Origin: a virus
IMG/VR virus record: IMGVR_UViG_3300045942_000027
Span: 1 to 40,732 of that record
DNA length: 40,732 nucleotides
Strand: one strand, 5' to 3'
The notes beneath the pieces are model-generated. The model ran no database searches and was not told the DNA's origin. It saw only the letters and a program-made list of their open reading frames with translations. Shown here in pieces: positions 8,349 to 16,516 of the stretch. The position numbers and the translations under genes were made by a program. Numbering within the stretch: position 1 is the first letter of the stretch; the number at the start of each line of letters is the position of its first letter.

Positions 8349-8687
8349 GTGCGTGACGATGAACCATATATGCCGAAGCTCGACTGGCAGCAGCACAAAG
8401 ACGCACCCCACCATTACAACGTTTATATCGACGGGAAACAGGCCTGTCATATTGGAAGGCGTTATAGAGCAGATCTCGAAAAGGTGTGGGACTGGAGCGT
8501 CTTTCCCGATAACTTCAAGCGCCGGATGCTCAAAGGCGTCAAGCACGAGGGTTATGAGAAGACGGCTCGGCTTGCTGTGCGACGTGCCGAAGAGGCCTTT
8601 GAAATGGTCATGCAGCAGCCGACATATGAATCAAACCCTGTAATCAACATCCCGGATCATCCACAAAGCCACCACAGGCGGCGGTAG
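8349..8687 (+). CDS. Hypothetical protein beside attP (possible cargo gene), His-rich C-terminus
   Basis: The ORF track begins at TTG 8334. GTG 8349 sits 7 nt after GAGGAG (8336..8341). Convergent with the late operon. Confidence 0.5.
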   Translation: MRDDEPYMPKLDWQQHKDAPHHYNVYIDGKQACHIGRRYRADLEKVWDWSVFPDNFKRRMLKGVKHEGYEKTARLAVRRAEEAFEMVMQQPTYESNPVINIPDHPQSHHRRR

Positions 8688-8689
8688 GC

Positions 8690-9130
8690 CTACCTTCGAA
8701 CCCCTTTGTTCAAGTTGGCCTCAAGCCTCTGCAGAATCTCTTTCATAACCTGAATGTCGCTGGACTGTCGGTTAAACTCGGCTTGAAGTTCTTTGATTGC
8801 GGTTGAAATATTGACGGTGGTCTGTTCGGTTACAGTCACGCGATAGGTGAGGTTATCCGCCTTTCTCTCCGATTCCGAACTCTTCTGCTCCAGGGCAGAC
8901 AGGCGCATATTCACGGCTTGCTCGATCGTCTTGACCTCGACCAGTCTTTCCTTGTGAAGCTGCTCGTGGGCGACTTTCCAGTCTTGGAGTTCCTGGATGT
9001 CCCGGCTCTTGTCCACCCAGATCACCACACCACCCATAACCATGCCGCCCAGGGTGATGAGTTGAATGATGGTATTTAGGTTCCACTCCATCTTTGGTGC
9101 GCGTGATATCACTTTGTCGTCTCCCGCCAT
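8690..9130 (-). CDS. Membrane-anchored coiled-coil protein (146 aa), function unknown
   Basis: One TM segment (TIIQLITLGGMVMGGVVIWV) followed by heptad-like sequence. Separated from the spanins by a 137-bp gap with a sigma70-like promoter candidate (TTGCAA 9180..9185, N17, ATATTA 9157..9162 on the minus strand). Confidence 0.6.
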   Translation of the reverse strand: MAGDDKVISRAPKMEWNLNTIIQLITLGGMVMGGVVIWVDKSRDIQELQDWKVAHEQLHKERLVEVKTIEQAVNMRLSALEQKSSESERKADNLTYRVTVTEQTTVNISTAIKELQAEFNRQSSDIQVMKEILQRLEANLNKGVRR

Positions 9131-9267
9131 GCCCCCTGCTTTCCGCGCCCTGCACTTAATATTTCGGAAAGCAAAACTGTTGCAAAATATTGCCAGCCAT
9201 TGCGATCCTTATCCGATCGTAGTGGTTAGATCCGGCGTCCTGCTCGAACAGGGCGTCGGGTCGATTG

Positions 9268-9576
9268 TCATTTTGCGCCGAAGCGCGTCTGCACCCCATC
9301 GTAGAACGATGCGCATCGGCCCGTGCGTCGGTCAACGAAGTCCGCGGCAAACTCCCACCGGAGTTGCGTGTTGCGCGGCTTCTCAGTTCCGTATTTAGGA
9401 ACAACGCGGGCCATCTTCTGCCGGCACTCGTCTGGAAGGTCTGGAAGGATCACGCCGGCCGACGCCCTTCCCTGCGCTTCACCGGCCGCAATGAGCCTCG
9501 CCTCTTTGCTTGCACAGCCAGATCCGATCAGAATCCCGCCACCTATAGTCACCATCATCAGGATTCGCATTATCAT
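9268..9576 (-). CDS. o-spanin candidate (outer-membrane lipoprotein)
   Basis: Internal start MIMRILMMVTIGGGILIGSGC gives a signal peptide plus a lipobox-like GSGC. The 5' end overlaps the i-spanin 3' end by about 98 nt in another frame. Confidence 0.55.
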   Translation of the reverse strand: MIMRILMMVTIGGGILIGSGCASKEARLIAAGEAQGRASAGVILPDLPDECRQKMARVVPKYGTEKPRNTQLRWEFAADFVDRRTGRCASFYDGVQTRFGAK

Positions 9577-9856
9577 TGCGGATAGCCTCTTCGAGTTGGG
9601 CTTCAAGCTTTTGCTGGGTGAGCGCATCGGCCACGGCGCGCTTGCGGTATTCTTCGAGCGTCTGGGTTGCTGCGTTGCGCTGGCGCTCCATTTCGTTCGC
9701 CTTGGCTTCGGCTGCAGTCTTCTCGGACAGGAGGACGTAGCCCTTCAGGATCTCGGAATCGTGTGAGGCGAGCCAGATACGAAAGCCGCCATAGAGCGAC
9801 AGGACGATGAGGATCGCCGCAACGATGCGCCATATGATTGAGGTGGGGAAGATCAT
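9479..9856 (-). CDS. i-spanin candidate
   Basis: Start ATG 9856 is ATGA-coupled to the endolysin stop. N-terminal TM (IIWRIVAAILIVLSLYGGF) followed by a charged coiled coil. Confidence 0.6.
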   Translation of the reverse strand: MIFPTSIIWRIVAAILIVLSLYGGFRIWLASHDSEILKGYVLLSEKTAAEAKANEMERQRNAATQTLEEYRKRAVADALTQQKLEAQLEEAIRNDNANPDDGDYRWRDSDRIWLCKQRGEAHCGR

Positions 9857-10452
9857 AGGCCGCTCACACACAGCTCGGCTTCACCGATGCGCTGGGCATC
9901 GCCATTCTCGCGTCTGTTGACTAGGCCGCCGACAACCCGCCCCCCGGCCCGGTTGAACGCCGTCTGGGCTTCGCACGCGGCCCGCCACTGACCGGCCTCG
10001 ACACGAGCCTTTGCCGTCGATCGGCACCAAGCGCCAACGCCGAAGTTATAGGAACCGGAAATCATGGAGGCGCGAACGCTGATCGGCGCTCTTGAGAGGT
10101 TTGGAGAGCACGCCATGATCTGCTGGTAGTAGTCGTCATGCACGCGGCGAAGCAGCATGTCTTTGCACTGCGGCTGGGTGAAGGACATCCCCGGCGCCAC
10201 CGGCTTGCCATTGATGCGCGTCTCGCCATAGCAGACGTCATAGATCTTGGCGAACTGGTCCCAATGCGAGCGGAGAACTAGGCCCTCCCATGGAATGATG
10301 GCCTTCTCGACAGCCAGGATGACGGCAGGGTCCATTTTCGCCGTCGTGGCATACCGGTCATAGGCGGCATAGCCACCAGCCGCGATCGTCGCCAAGACGC
10401 CCGCTATGGCAGCCTTACCGCGCTTCGTCGGCGCAATCTTATTGATCGGCAT
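9853..10452 (-). CDS. SAR endolysin, T4/P21-type lysozyme (GH24-like)
   Basis: The Gly/Ala-rich weakly hydrophobic N-terminus KAAIAGVLATIAAGGYAAY is SAR-like. Catalytic region WEGLVLRSHWD...VCYGET has Glu and Asp spaced 9 apart as in P21 R. The internal start MPINK overlaps the holin end. Confidence 0.8.
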   Translation of the reverse strand: MPINKIAPTKRGKAAIAGVLATIAAGGYAAYDRYATTAKMDPAVILAVEKAIIPWEGLVLRSHWDQFAKIYDVCYGETRINGKPVAPGMSFTQPQCKDMLLRRVHDDYYQQIMACSPNLSRAPISVRASMISGSYNFGVGAWCRSTAKARVEAGQWRAACEAQTAFNRAGGRVVGGLVNRRENGDAQRIGEAELCVSGL

Positions 10453-10660
10453 CGTTCGGGCCTTTCTGGACAAGGATTCGGGAGATGAAGGCGGCACACG
10501 TCGCGACGGCAGACAGCGCAGCGAATACGCCTCGCGGCACGTCCCAATAGCCGTCGATCAGGGGAAGGAAGACTTCGATCCCTGACAGAAAGCCGGCGAG
10601 CACAATCCAGCGGATGGACCAGGCGCGTTTAAGCACCTCCCGCCAATTAGCGATGAGCAT
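10439..10660 (-). CDS. Holin candidate (73 aa, two TM segments)
   Basis: Sits immediately upstream of the endolysin. Two hydrophobic segments and a charged C-terminus. SD AGGAA 6 nt upstream. Confidence 0.6.
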   Translation of the reverse strand: MLIANWREVLKRAWSIRWIVLAGFLSGIEVFLPLIDGYWDVPRGVFAALSAVATCAAFISRILVQKGPNDADQ

Positions 10661-10687
10661 GGGGAGTTCCTGATTATTGGGTTAAGC

Positions 10688-12187
10688 CTACGAGGCAGGC
10701 CGAAGCCGAGTAACAACGTCCCGCATGTAAACCGCCGTGATGGCATTCATCGCGGTCGTTGGGTGAAGGTTATCCCCAATGCGATAAGTCAGGTCTGTAG
10801 GGTCTGCCGTTTCGGGGATTTGCCGGATATCGAAGAATGCAGAAACCCCGTGCGCCTGATACTGTTGAGAAATGAGATCGGCCATCAGATAACGGTTGGC
10901 CTGTCGGGCCGCGTTACCTTCTGTCCACCCGGCGATTATGACCTTGACCCACCCTGCAGTTCTCCCGTCGAGATATTCCCACAGCTTATCGACGTAGGCC
11001 TGCCCCTCAAGTGACGGCCACGCATTGCCACTTTCCCAGACAATGAGGATGTTCGTAACGCCTGGGGTGAATTTCGGGTCAACGTCGGTCGTGACGTCGC
11101 CAAGCATGCTGATGATTGACTGACCAGACACGGCCACGTTGTTTTTAGAAAATGCTTTTTCGCTGATCCCAGCTAGCGTGACCATCTGTTCAGGCCAAGC
11201 GGTTTGACCATTCGCACCCGCTGCGCTCATCGAATTTCCATCAACGACGAGCTTTGCAGATGTCAGATCGTAATACGTCACGCTATGCGGCGCGCAGGCT
11301 GCCAAGGCGGCATCCAATATATCAGCTTGCGCATCGGTAAGATCATTCTGGAATAGCGCACGCGCTGTCACACCTGCATGCGTCACTTGGCTTGGGTTCG
11401 TGGTGTTGTTGTTTGCCCCGTACACGACTGGCCGCACGGCATCGACGGCTGCAGCGTTTCCGACCGGCCACGTCGGCGCGCCAACCGTCTTAACGCCGTC
11501 GAGTGTTATCGACTGCGTACCGGCTGCGTAACTAACCCTAGAAATCGCTCGGTGCCATTTGTTAGCACCGATGTTCATGCTGACGGTGGAAATCGTCTCC
11601 GCACTCTTTCGGGATTGATTGCTGATTTGTCCCGCCGTCGTCATATTCATAGCTGATCGGGGGGAACCGACCGTAGTCGATGTCACGAAGATTAGCGGGG
11701 ATGTGACTGCTGCTGATCGAGCATGGAAGCACGCAGCCATTGCAATACTTGCCTGGCCTGTGGTGAACGCTTGAGTTCCGGGCAGTTCGAGGAACCGCTT
11801 AGTGCCGTCTGTCAGTTCATACGGATGTCCGTCATTGATGATGAGGCGCGGCTGATTTGCCGCTGTCGAGCGCGTGGCATGTCTCCCGTTACCCGTCTGA
11901 TCATAAAAGGTGACAATGAAAGGCGCATATTTGCACCACGCGACGATTGCCGACACATCCAGCCTCTGGGTGTCAGAGCGGGGCGTGAAGTCCCGTTCTT
12001 CGTTCGTAAGAGGGTGCCTCAGACGGATAGTGGGCTGCCCTAAGAAAGTGGAGAGTAGGCAAGTCGGAGCATGCAGAGCATACGGGACCGCTCCACTCGC
12101 GATCAAAGCATCAAATACGGGTGGGGCAGGCCCAACAACGCCCCGGCCCATAGCGAGGGAAAGAGAAGTGAGTTCGCCGGCCATCAT
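10688..12187 (-). CDS. Tail fibre/spike protein with a C-terminal SGNH (GDSL-like) esterase domain
   Basis: SGNH blocks read in the C-terminal third: VVDGNSMS (block I), VWESGNAW (block III), GDNLHP (block V). Start chosen at the ATGA overlap with the upstream gene (12187). Confidence 0.65.
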   Translation of the reverse strand: MMAGELTSLSLAMGRGVVGPAPPVFDALIASGAVPYALHAPTCLLSTFLGQPTIRLRHPLTNEERDFTPRSDTQRLDVSAIVAWCKYAPFIVTFYDQTGNGRHATRSTAANQPRLIINDGHPYELTDGTKRFLELPGTQAFTTGQASIAMAACFHARSAAVTSPLIFVTSTTVGSPRSAMNMTTAGQISNQSRKSAETISTVSMNIGANKWHRAISRVSYAAGTQSITLDGVKTVGAPTWPVGNAAAVDAVRPVVYGANNNTTNPSQVTHAGVTARALFQNDLTDAQADILDAALAACAPHSVTYYDLTSAKLVVDGNSMSAAGANGQTAWPEQMVTLAGISEKAFSKNNVAVSGQSIISMLGDVTTDVDPKFTPGVTNILIVWESGNAWPSLEGQAYVDKLWEYLDGRTAGWVKVIIAGWTEGNAARQANRYLMADLISQQYQAHGVSAFFDIRQIPETADPTDLTYRIGDNLHPTTAMNAITAVYMRDVVTRLRPAS

Positions 12188-12603
12188 GGCTCCAATGCTA
12201 TCAGGTGTAGAGTTGCGGCGATCGGCGTCGGGTTGATCGACAAAGCGCCAAGCAAAAGAGACAGGAGACCAGCCGACACGCGGTTGATTTGGAACGTGCA
12301 CTGCGTGTTTGAAGGCGTCCCCATGACCTGCACGTTGAAAAGGTCGGTGTTGCCGCTAGGGACTTGAACGATCCCATTCACCACCGGAACGACACCCGCA
12401 TCGAAAGGTGTGGGGTAAATCCACACATAGGTGGTTGCAGCCGATGACATCGTGACCCGCGACTTGCGCGCCTTGCTGGCGTGGGTGTGATCCTCAAGCG
12501 CGTATCGGGGAATGCTGCCCTTCGTGCCGCTGTCAGACACCCCCGGAGGCATTGCCGTTGCTGGCTGCGGGACATCAGGAAGCGTATTATAGAAATTTGG
12601 CAT
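12184..12603 (-). CDS. Tail fibre-associated protein (139 aa)
   Basis: SD GGGAGGG upstream. The YALEDHTHASK motif resembles motifs seen in phage fibre proteins. Position in the fibre cluster. Confidence 0.5.
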   Translation of the reverse strand: MPNFYNTLPDVPQPATAMPPGVSDSGTKGSIPRYALEDHTHASKARKSRVTMSSAATTYVWIYPTPFDAGVVPVVNGIVQVPSGNTDLFNVQVMGTPSNTQCTFQINRVSAGLLSLLLGALSINPTPIAATLHLIALEP

Positions 12604-12614
12604 GCCGCCCTCCC

Positions 12615-13022
12615 TCAGGTGAAGAACAGGCTAGAGAAGGTTCCTCCTACCGCCGTTCCAAGCACGGCAGCAGTGGCGCCGAAGGGCCAGATGGATGAGC
12701 CGAGAGGAACGTTGATTGTGACAGATCCGGTTGTAAGGGTGAAAATCACCGTTCCGGCGGTCGTCACGCCGCTGACAAGGACGGCATTCCCCGCAGTAGA
12801 CCCCACAGTCGTTGCACGGTTATAGGTCTGGTTTATCCCAGCCAGAGCGACCGTATCAGGCGCAACCGGGACGGACGACGCAGCCGCCGCGCGCCCTGGA
12901 GGAAGAGCCGTCTGCGGCGCGCCTGTGGCCGGGTCTAAGGATACCGTTGCTACAAGGTCAGCCTGTCGCTGCTGCCCTGCCTGAATGTAATTGTAGGTAT
13001 CGCCAGCGGGTTGGATGGTCAT
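12615..13022 (-). CDS. Gly/Ala/Thr-rich virion-associated hypothetical protein (135 aa)
   Basis: Internal ATG 13022 avoids overlapping 13037..13300. The 232-aa ORF-track form has an Arg-rich, improbable N-terminus. Confidence 0.5.
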   Translation of the reverse strand: MTIQPAGDTYNYIQAGQQRQADLVATVSLDPATGAPQTALPPGRAAAASSVPVAPDTVALAGINQTYNRATTVGSTAGNAVLVSGVTTAGTVIFTLTTGSVTINVPLGSSIWPFGATAAVLGTAVGGTFSSLFFT

Positions 13023-13036
13023 GGGCTGCCCCTGTT

Positions 13037-13300
13037 TTAGAGTTTTGAAGCGGAAATGAAGAAGTCGTTGAGCTGATGCTCGGTGAAGCCCATGGCGGTG
13101 AACCCGGCCTGCATCATCGGCTCTTCGCGGACGAAGTTGCTGCTGTACTCGTAGGCCACCTGAACAACTTCGGGCTGCTCGGACACCCACGCATCCACTG
13201 CGGATTTGAGGCCAGAAAGAACGAGTTGCATTTTGAATTGACGGGAGGTGACGCTTACTGGGACGGCTACGGGCGCAGGGTTGATCTTTATGATACTCAT
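13037..13300 (-). CDS. Hypothetical protein (87 aa)
   Basis: ORF track. ATGA-coupled to the upstream gene at 13297..13300. Confidence 0.5.
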   Translation of the reverse strand: MSIIKINPAPVAVPVSVTSRQFKMQLVLSGLKSAVDAWVSEQPEVVQVAYEYSSNFVREEPMMQAGFTAMGFTEHQLNDFFISASKL

Positions 13301-13512
13301 GCGCCAACTCCATCGGTCAGGTCAGAGGCATCTACCATCCAAGCCATGCGTTCGCTTCGGTCTGCCGGGATATCGGCAACATCTACGACCTTGTAGGGCT
13401 TTCCGGCTGGGATGGCTGCTTTGGCGTCTTCTACTGTATAGCCGCCCGCATAATTTGGGGCGATCACTGAAACGCCGCCGTCATCGTTCTGATAAACAAT
13501 CCGCTGTTCCAT
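13297..13512 (-). CDS. Hypothetical protein (71 aa)
   Basis: Internal ATG 13512 preceded by GGAGG and the stop of the fibre gene (GGAGGCTGAGAATG). Confidence 0.5.
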   Translation of the reverse strand: MEQRIVYQNDDGGVSVIAPNYAGGYTVEDAKAAIPAGKPYKVVDVADIPADRSERMAWMVDASDLTDGVGA

Positions 13513-13514
13513 TC

Positions 13515-14795
13515 TCAGCCTCCTATGAAAATCACATCGACCTCGGGGAGATCGCCCGCTCCAACGGCGCCAGTCACGGAGCCGGTAGTAATCCGGCATG
13601 ACGTGGCGGTTTTGGCTGCGGGAGAATTCAATTCGATATAGCCTCTACCCCCTCCCGGCACTGGCGGCGCACCCATGCCCGCAACCACATAATTGCCGCT
13701 AGGAAGAGGAGTCGCGAAATTGACGGTGTAATCGCCAGTTCCATTGTCCGTGATGGAATTAACATTTTTGCTGGCTCGAATGGCGACCGTGCCTGTGCCG
13801 TTGAAATTGACCCATGCCCTAACATCACTGCTTTCTGGTACTGGTGGGATGGGCGCTCCATTTATGCCGCCAGTTCTGACCAGTGACCCAATAAGCCGTT
13901 TTCGGTCATAGCTCGCCGGTATCGTCGGAGCCGTCGAGGAAAGCGAAAACAGTACATCCGTGACAAGCGTGTCAGAACGCTGGATGAGCCAAATGTAATA
14001 GGTTGCCGCAGCGGAGACGGATCCGGTATCAAGGCCCCCTTGGTTTGTGCCGACTGCCCAATTCGCATCCAGACGCTTTGTGAGAGCGGCCCCAAGCTGC
14101 ATCAGATAGAAAGGCGGTGCATCCGAAGCAGCAGCACCAGCAGCAATATCAACGTCATTCGCTGCGTCTGCTACGTTTGTCGAAAGCGCAAGACCGGATG
14201 AAAAGCCCTGAATTTGCGGGCCGGCCAGCGGATCACCAGAAAGCTCGGTAGCAAAGGATGTGCCATTGCAATAAACGCGGGCAATCTGACCTGTTTGCAC
14301 AACAACCGTCGCGGCACCATCGATCGTTTCCGCCGCGTTCGGGTCTATCACGACATTGCCGTTGGTGGCCTGGATCTCACACCACCAGTTCGCGCCAAGG
14401 GTGGCGGCGGCTGTGAGGTTCAACGTAGCCACAGCGGTGAAACGGAATGCCGTAGCGTTATCGGCCTTGACCGCAGTGTAGGTCGCGCTCTTTGTTGAAA
14501 ACTTCAGAGCGTTATAGGCCACAGAATCCGTTGCGCCGGTAACCGCCGTCTCCATTTGCCCCTTCGTGACAGCATCCGCCGGGGCCGTCCCGTCACCCAA
14601 GCCGGTAATACGGAACGTGTTCATTTTGAGGTTGCCGATCATCGGCGCCCGGCCATCGCGCACAAGAACAGCGCTCAACCCTTGGGCAACGATATCTTCA
14701 AGCGGTGGGTTGTGCTGTGATGGCTGGATGGTCTGGCCGGCTATGGCGAGGTATCCGGGGGTTAATGAAAATACCCCGTTCGAGTCATACGGCAT
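13515..14795 (-). CDS. Tail fibre protein
   Basis: N-terminal pattern (NPPLEDIVAQGLSAVLVRDGRAPMIGNLKMNTFRITGLGDGTAPADAVTKGQ) is typical of phage fibre N-termini. The remainder is Gly/Ala/Thr-rich. SD GGAGG present. Confidence 0.7.
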   Translation of the reverse strand: MPYDSNGVFSLTPGYLAIAGQTIQPSQHNPPLEDIVAQGLSAVLVRDGRAPMIGNLKMNTFRITGLGDGTAPADAVTKGQMETAVTGATDSVAYNALKFSTKSATYTAVKADNATAFRFTAVATLNLTAAATLGANWWCEIQATNGNVVIDPNAAETIDGAATVVVQTGQIARVYCNGTSFATELSGDPLAGPQIQGFSSGLALSTNVADAANDVDIAAGAAASDAPPFYLMQLGAALTKRLDANWAVGTNQGGLDTGSVSAAATYYIWLIQRSDTLVTDVLFSLSSTAPTIPASYDRKRLIGSLVRTGGINGAPIPPVPESSDVRAWVNFNGTGTVAIRASKNVNSITDNGTGDYTVNFATPLPSGNYVVAGMGAPPVPGGGRGYIELNSPAAKTATSCRITTGSVTGAVGAGDLPEVDVIFIGG

Positions 14796-14811
14796 GTTGC
14801 CTCCATAGAAA

Positions 14812-14835
14812 AAGGCGGCTCAATGAACCGCCCTT
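14812..14835 (-). terminator. Weak hairpin plus U-tract upstream of the tail fibre gene (possible attenuator)
   Basis: Minus-strand RNA reads GGGCGG-UUCAUUGAG-CCGCCUUUUUCU. The stem is only 5-6 bp. Confidence 0.3.
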
Positions 14836-14888
14836 ATTTCCAAATTCGAATTAATCCGTCATACTCCCCCCTTTCTTTGGGGGATCTC

Positions 14889-15161
14889 ATGAATTACGCC
14901 ATTACCGTATTGGCTTGCGTTGCCTTGTCTTCCTGCGTCGGAAAGCCCGTGCAGGAGATGACATACACTGAACGGCGTGAGCTAGCCGGCCAGCTTGTTA
15001 AACGTTGCCTGGACCAAGGCGTGAAGCTGCAAACACCAGAGATGAGTGAGTGCACAAAGCAAGAGGCGTTACGGGAGGTCACTATTCGTCAAAAGGCTGA
15101 TATTGATAGGCGAAGCGCGGTGGTCTGCAATAACTTTGGAGTGACTACGGTCTGTAATTAA
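14889..15161 (+). CDS. Small lipoprotein on the opposite strand inside the tail module (moron)
   Basis: Signal peptide MNYAITVLACVALSSC with lipobox LSSC. Four further Cys in the mature part. Lower G+C than its neighbours. Its stop overlaps the convergent stop of 15158..16516. Confidence 0.65.
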   Translation: MNYAITVLACVALSSCVGKPVQEMTYTERRELAGQLVKRCLDQGVKLQTPEMSECTKQEALREVTIRQKADIDRRSAVVCNNFGVTTVCN

Positions 15162-16516
15162 TTGCGGCTTTGACCCTGGGAAAGAATTAACGCCCGAATC
15201 ACTGCTTCTACCCCACGCGGGAGCTGCGCTGCCGTCGGGGCGTCCTTGAGCATCTGTTCGTAAAGTGGCGAACGCATCCGAACAACGCTATCGGCCTTCG
15301 AAAGGGCCTTCTTCGTCAGGTACTCAGAAACAGCTTTTGACGCAGCCCCCACCACGGGAGCGGCAAGCCCCACTGCCCCCATAGCGGGGTTTCCTGTCGC
15401 GAGGACCGCGCCACCACCGGCCAAGGCCGTAGACGCGGCGGCACCCAATCCGCCGCCGCCGCCAAGATAATTGCCAGCAGCGCGCGTGAGATTCGTTGGA
15501 CCGTCGCCCCTCGCTATTTTTTCAATGAGGGCTCTTTCGACGTCGTTAAATCCAGATAGACGCTTGGGGTTTTCGACAAGCGCGGCAATTCGTTGACGGA
15601 TTGCGTTGGCCGTATTGGCTCCAGAATTTGAGGCTGCGGCTCGCAATTCTGCGGCGTCTTGGATGCGTAGGAGCGAATCTGATCGTTTACTAGCCGCGAG
15701 ATTTCCTCTGGCGTTAGCGATTGTCCGCGCGGCTTCATCGGCCTGCCCGGAAACAACAGCTCCTTCAGGAGGCCCCATAAGAAACTCGTCCAACTCTCCC
15801 CTAACCCTCTTGCCTGCAGCTCTGTCAGTTGGGTTTGCGAAGTCTTGGCCGATCTTGTTGAACGATCGCCGTGCTGCATCAACGTTGGAAAGCGTCGCGA
15901 CACTGTTTGGGGGAGGTTCTGAGAGCCTTTGGAGCGTTGCGAAGGTTTTGGGGGCTGTGACATCGGAAAATCCATCAGCCTCTAAAGCGGCTCCCGTTCT
16001 TTTTGCCATGTCTGCGACGGATTGGGAAGAGTATTCTACTCCCATTTCCCGCGCGGCTTTATAGCCGTTATCCGCCGCCTCCTTGAGGGATTCCGCGCTC
16101 GGCGGATCCACATGCGGCTTCTTGAAAGTATTCCCGGCCCCAGCAATGACCTTCTCGCCGGCCCTCACCGCAGGATTTATCGGGCTGATCAACCCGGCCA
16201 AATCCGCGCTTCGCCCAATAGCTTCAGGCGTCACATGACCATCAGGCCCCATAACCTCAAGATTGCCATTCAAGGCGTCACCTGGGGCCATCACGCCGCC
16301 CGCGATACCTTCATAGATACCTTTGGCGAGATCAGGAATCCCCGTTATGACCTTCGGAAGCGCCCATTCATTCTGGCCTGTGGCAGTGTTTCGGGCCATA
16401 GGAATGATATACGAACGCTGCAAAGGATCGCTGGCCGGCGCTGGGGTGGTAGCTTCAGCACGCGCCCTGGCACGAGCCATCGCCATTGCACGCTGCTGCT
16501 CAATGGTCATTTCCAT
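15158..16516 (-). CDS. Internal virion / ejection protein candidate (452 aa)
   Basis: Position between the large internal protein and the fibre. Gly-zipper-like C-terminal segment GGGGGLGAAASTALAGGGAVLATGNPAMGAVGLAAPVVGAA. Confidence 0.5.
   Translation of the reverse strand: MEMTIEQQRAMAMARARARAEATTPAPASDPLQRSYIIPMARNTATGQNEWALPKVITGIPDLAKGIYEGIAGGVMAPGDALNGNLEVMGPDGHVTPEAIGRSADLAGLISPINPAVRAGEKVIAGAGNTFKKPHVDPPSAESLKEAADNGYKAAREMGVEYSSQSVADMAKRTGAALEADGFSDVTAPKTFATLQRLSEPPPNSVATLSNVDAARRSFNKIGQDFANPTDRAAGKRVRGELDEFLMGPPEGAVVSGQADEAARTIANARGNLAASKRSDSLLRIQDAAELRAAASNSGANTANAIRQRIAALVENPKRLSGFNDVERALIEKIARGDGPTNLTRAAGNYLGGGGGLGAAASTALAGGGAVLATGNPAMGAVGLAAPVVGAASKAVSEYLTKKALSKADSVVRMRSPLYEQMLKDAPTAAQLPRGVEAVIRALILSQGQSRN

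Noticed and set aside
8123-9206. Isolated TTGCGAT half-sites (8123..8129, 9200..9206, and TTGCGATCA at 30858..30866) as extra CI operators
   Set aside because: They are single half-sites without the inverted partner. A few 7-mer matches are expected by chance in 81 kb of two-strand sequence.
9234-9257. Hairpin GGCGTCCTG-CTCGAA-CAGGGCGTC as a terminator after the spanin genes
   Set aside because: It pairs only through G-U wobbles on the plus-strand RNA and gives C-A mismatches on the transcribed minus strand. It has no U-tract.
12615-13313. 232-aa form of the ORF; similarly the long forms 21804..22781, 19990..21972, 35355..35909 and 9853..10497
   Set aside because: The N-terminal extensions overlap the upstream gene in another frame and are Arg/Ser/Pro-rich. 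Internal starts give ATGA or SD-supported junctions.
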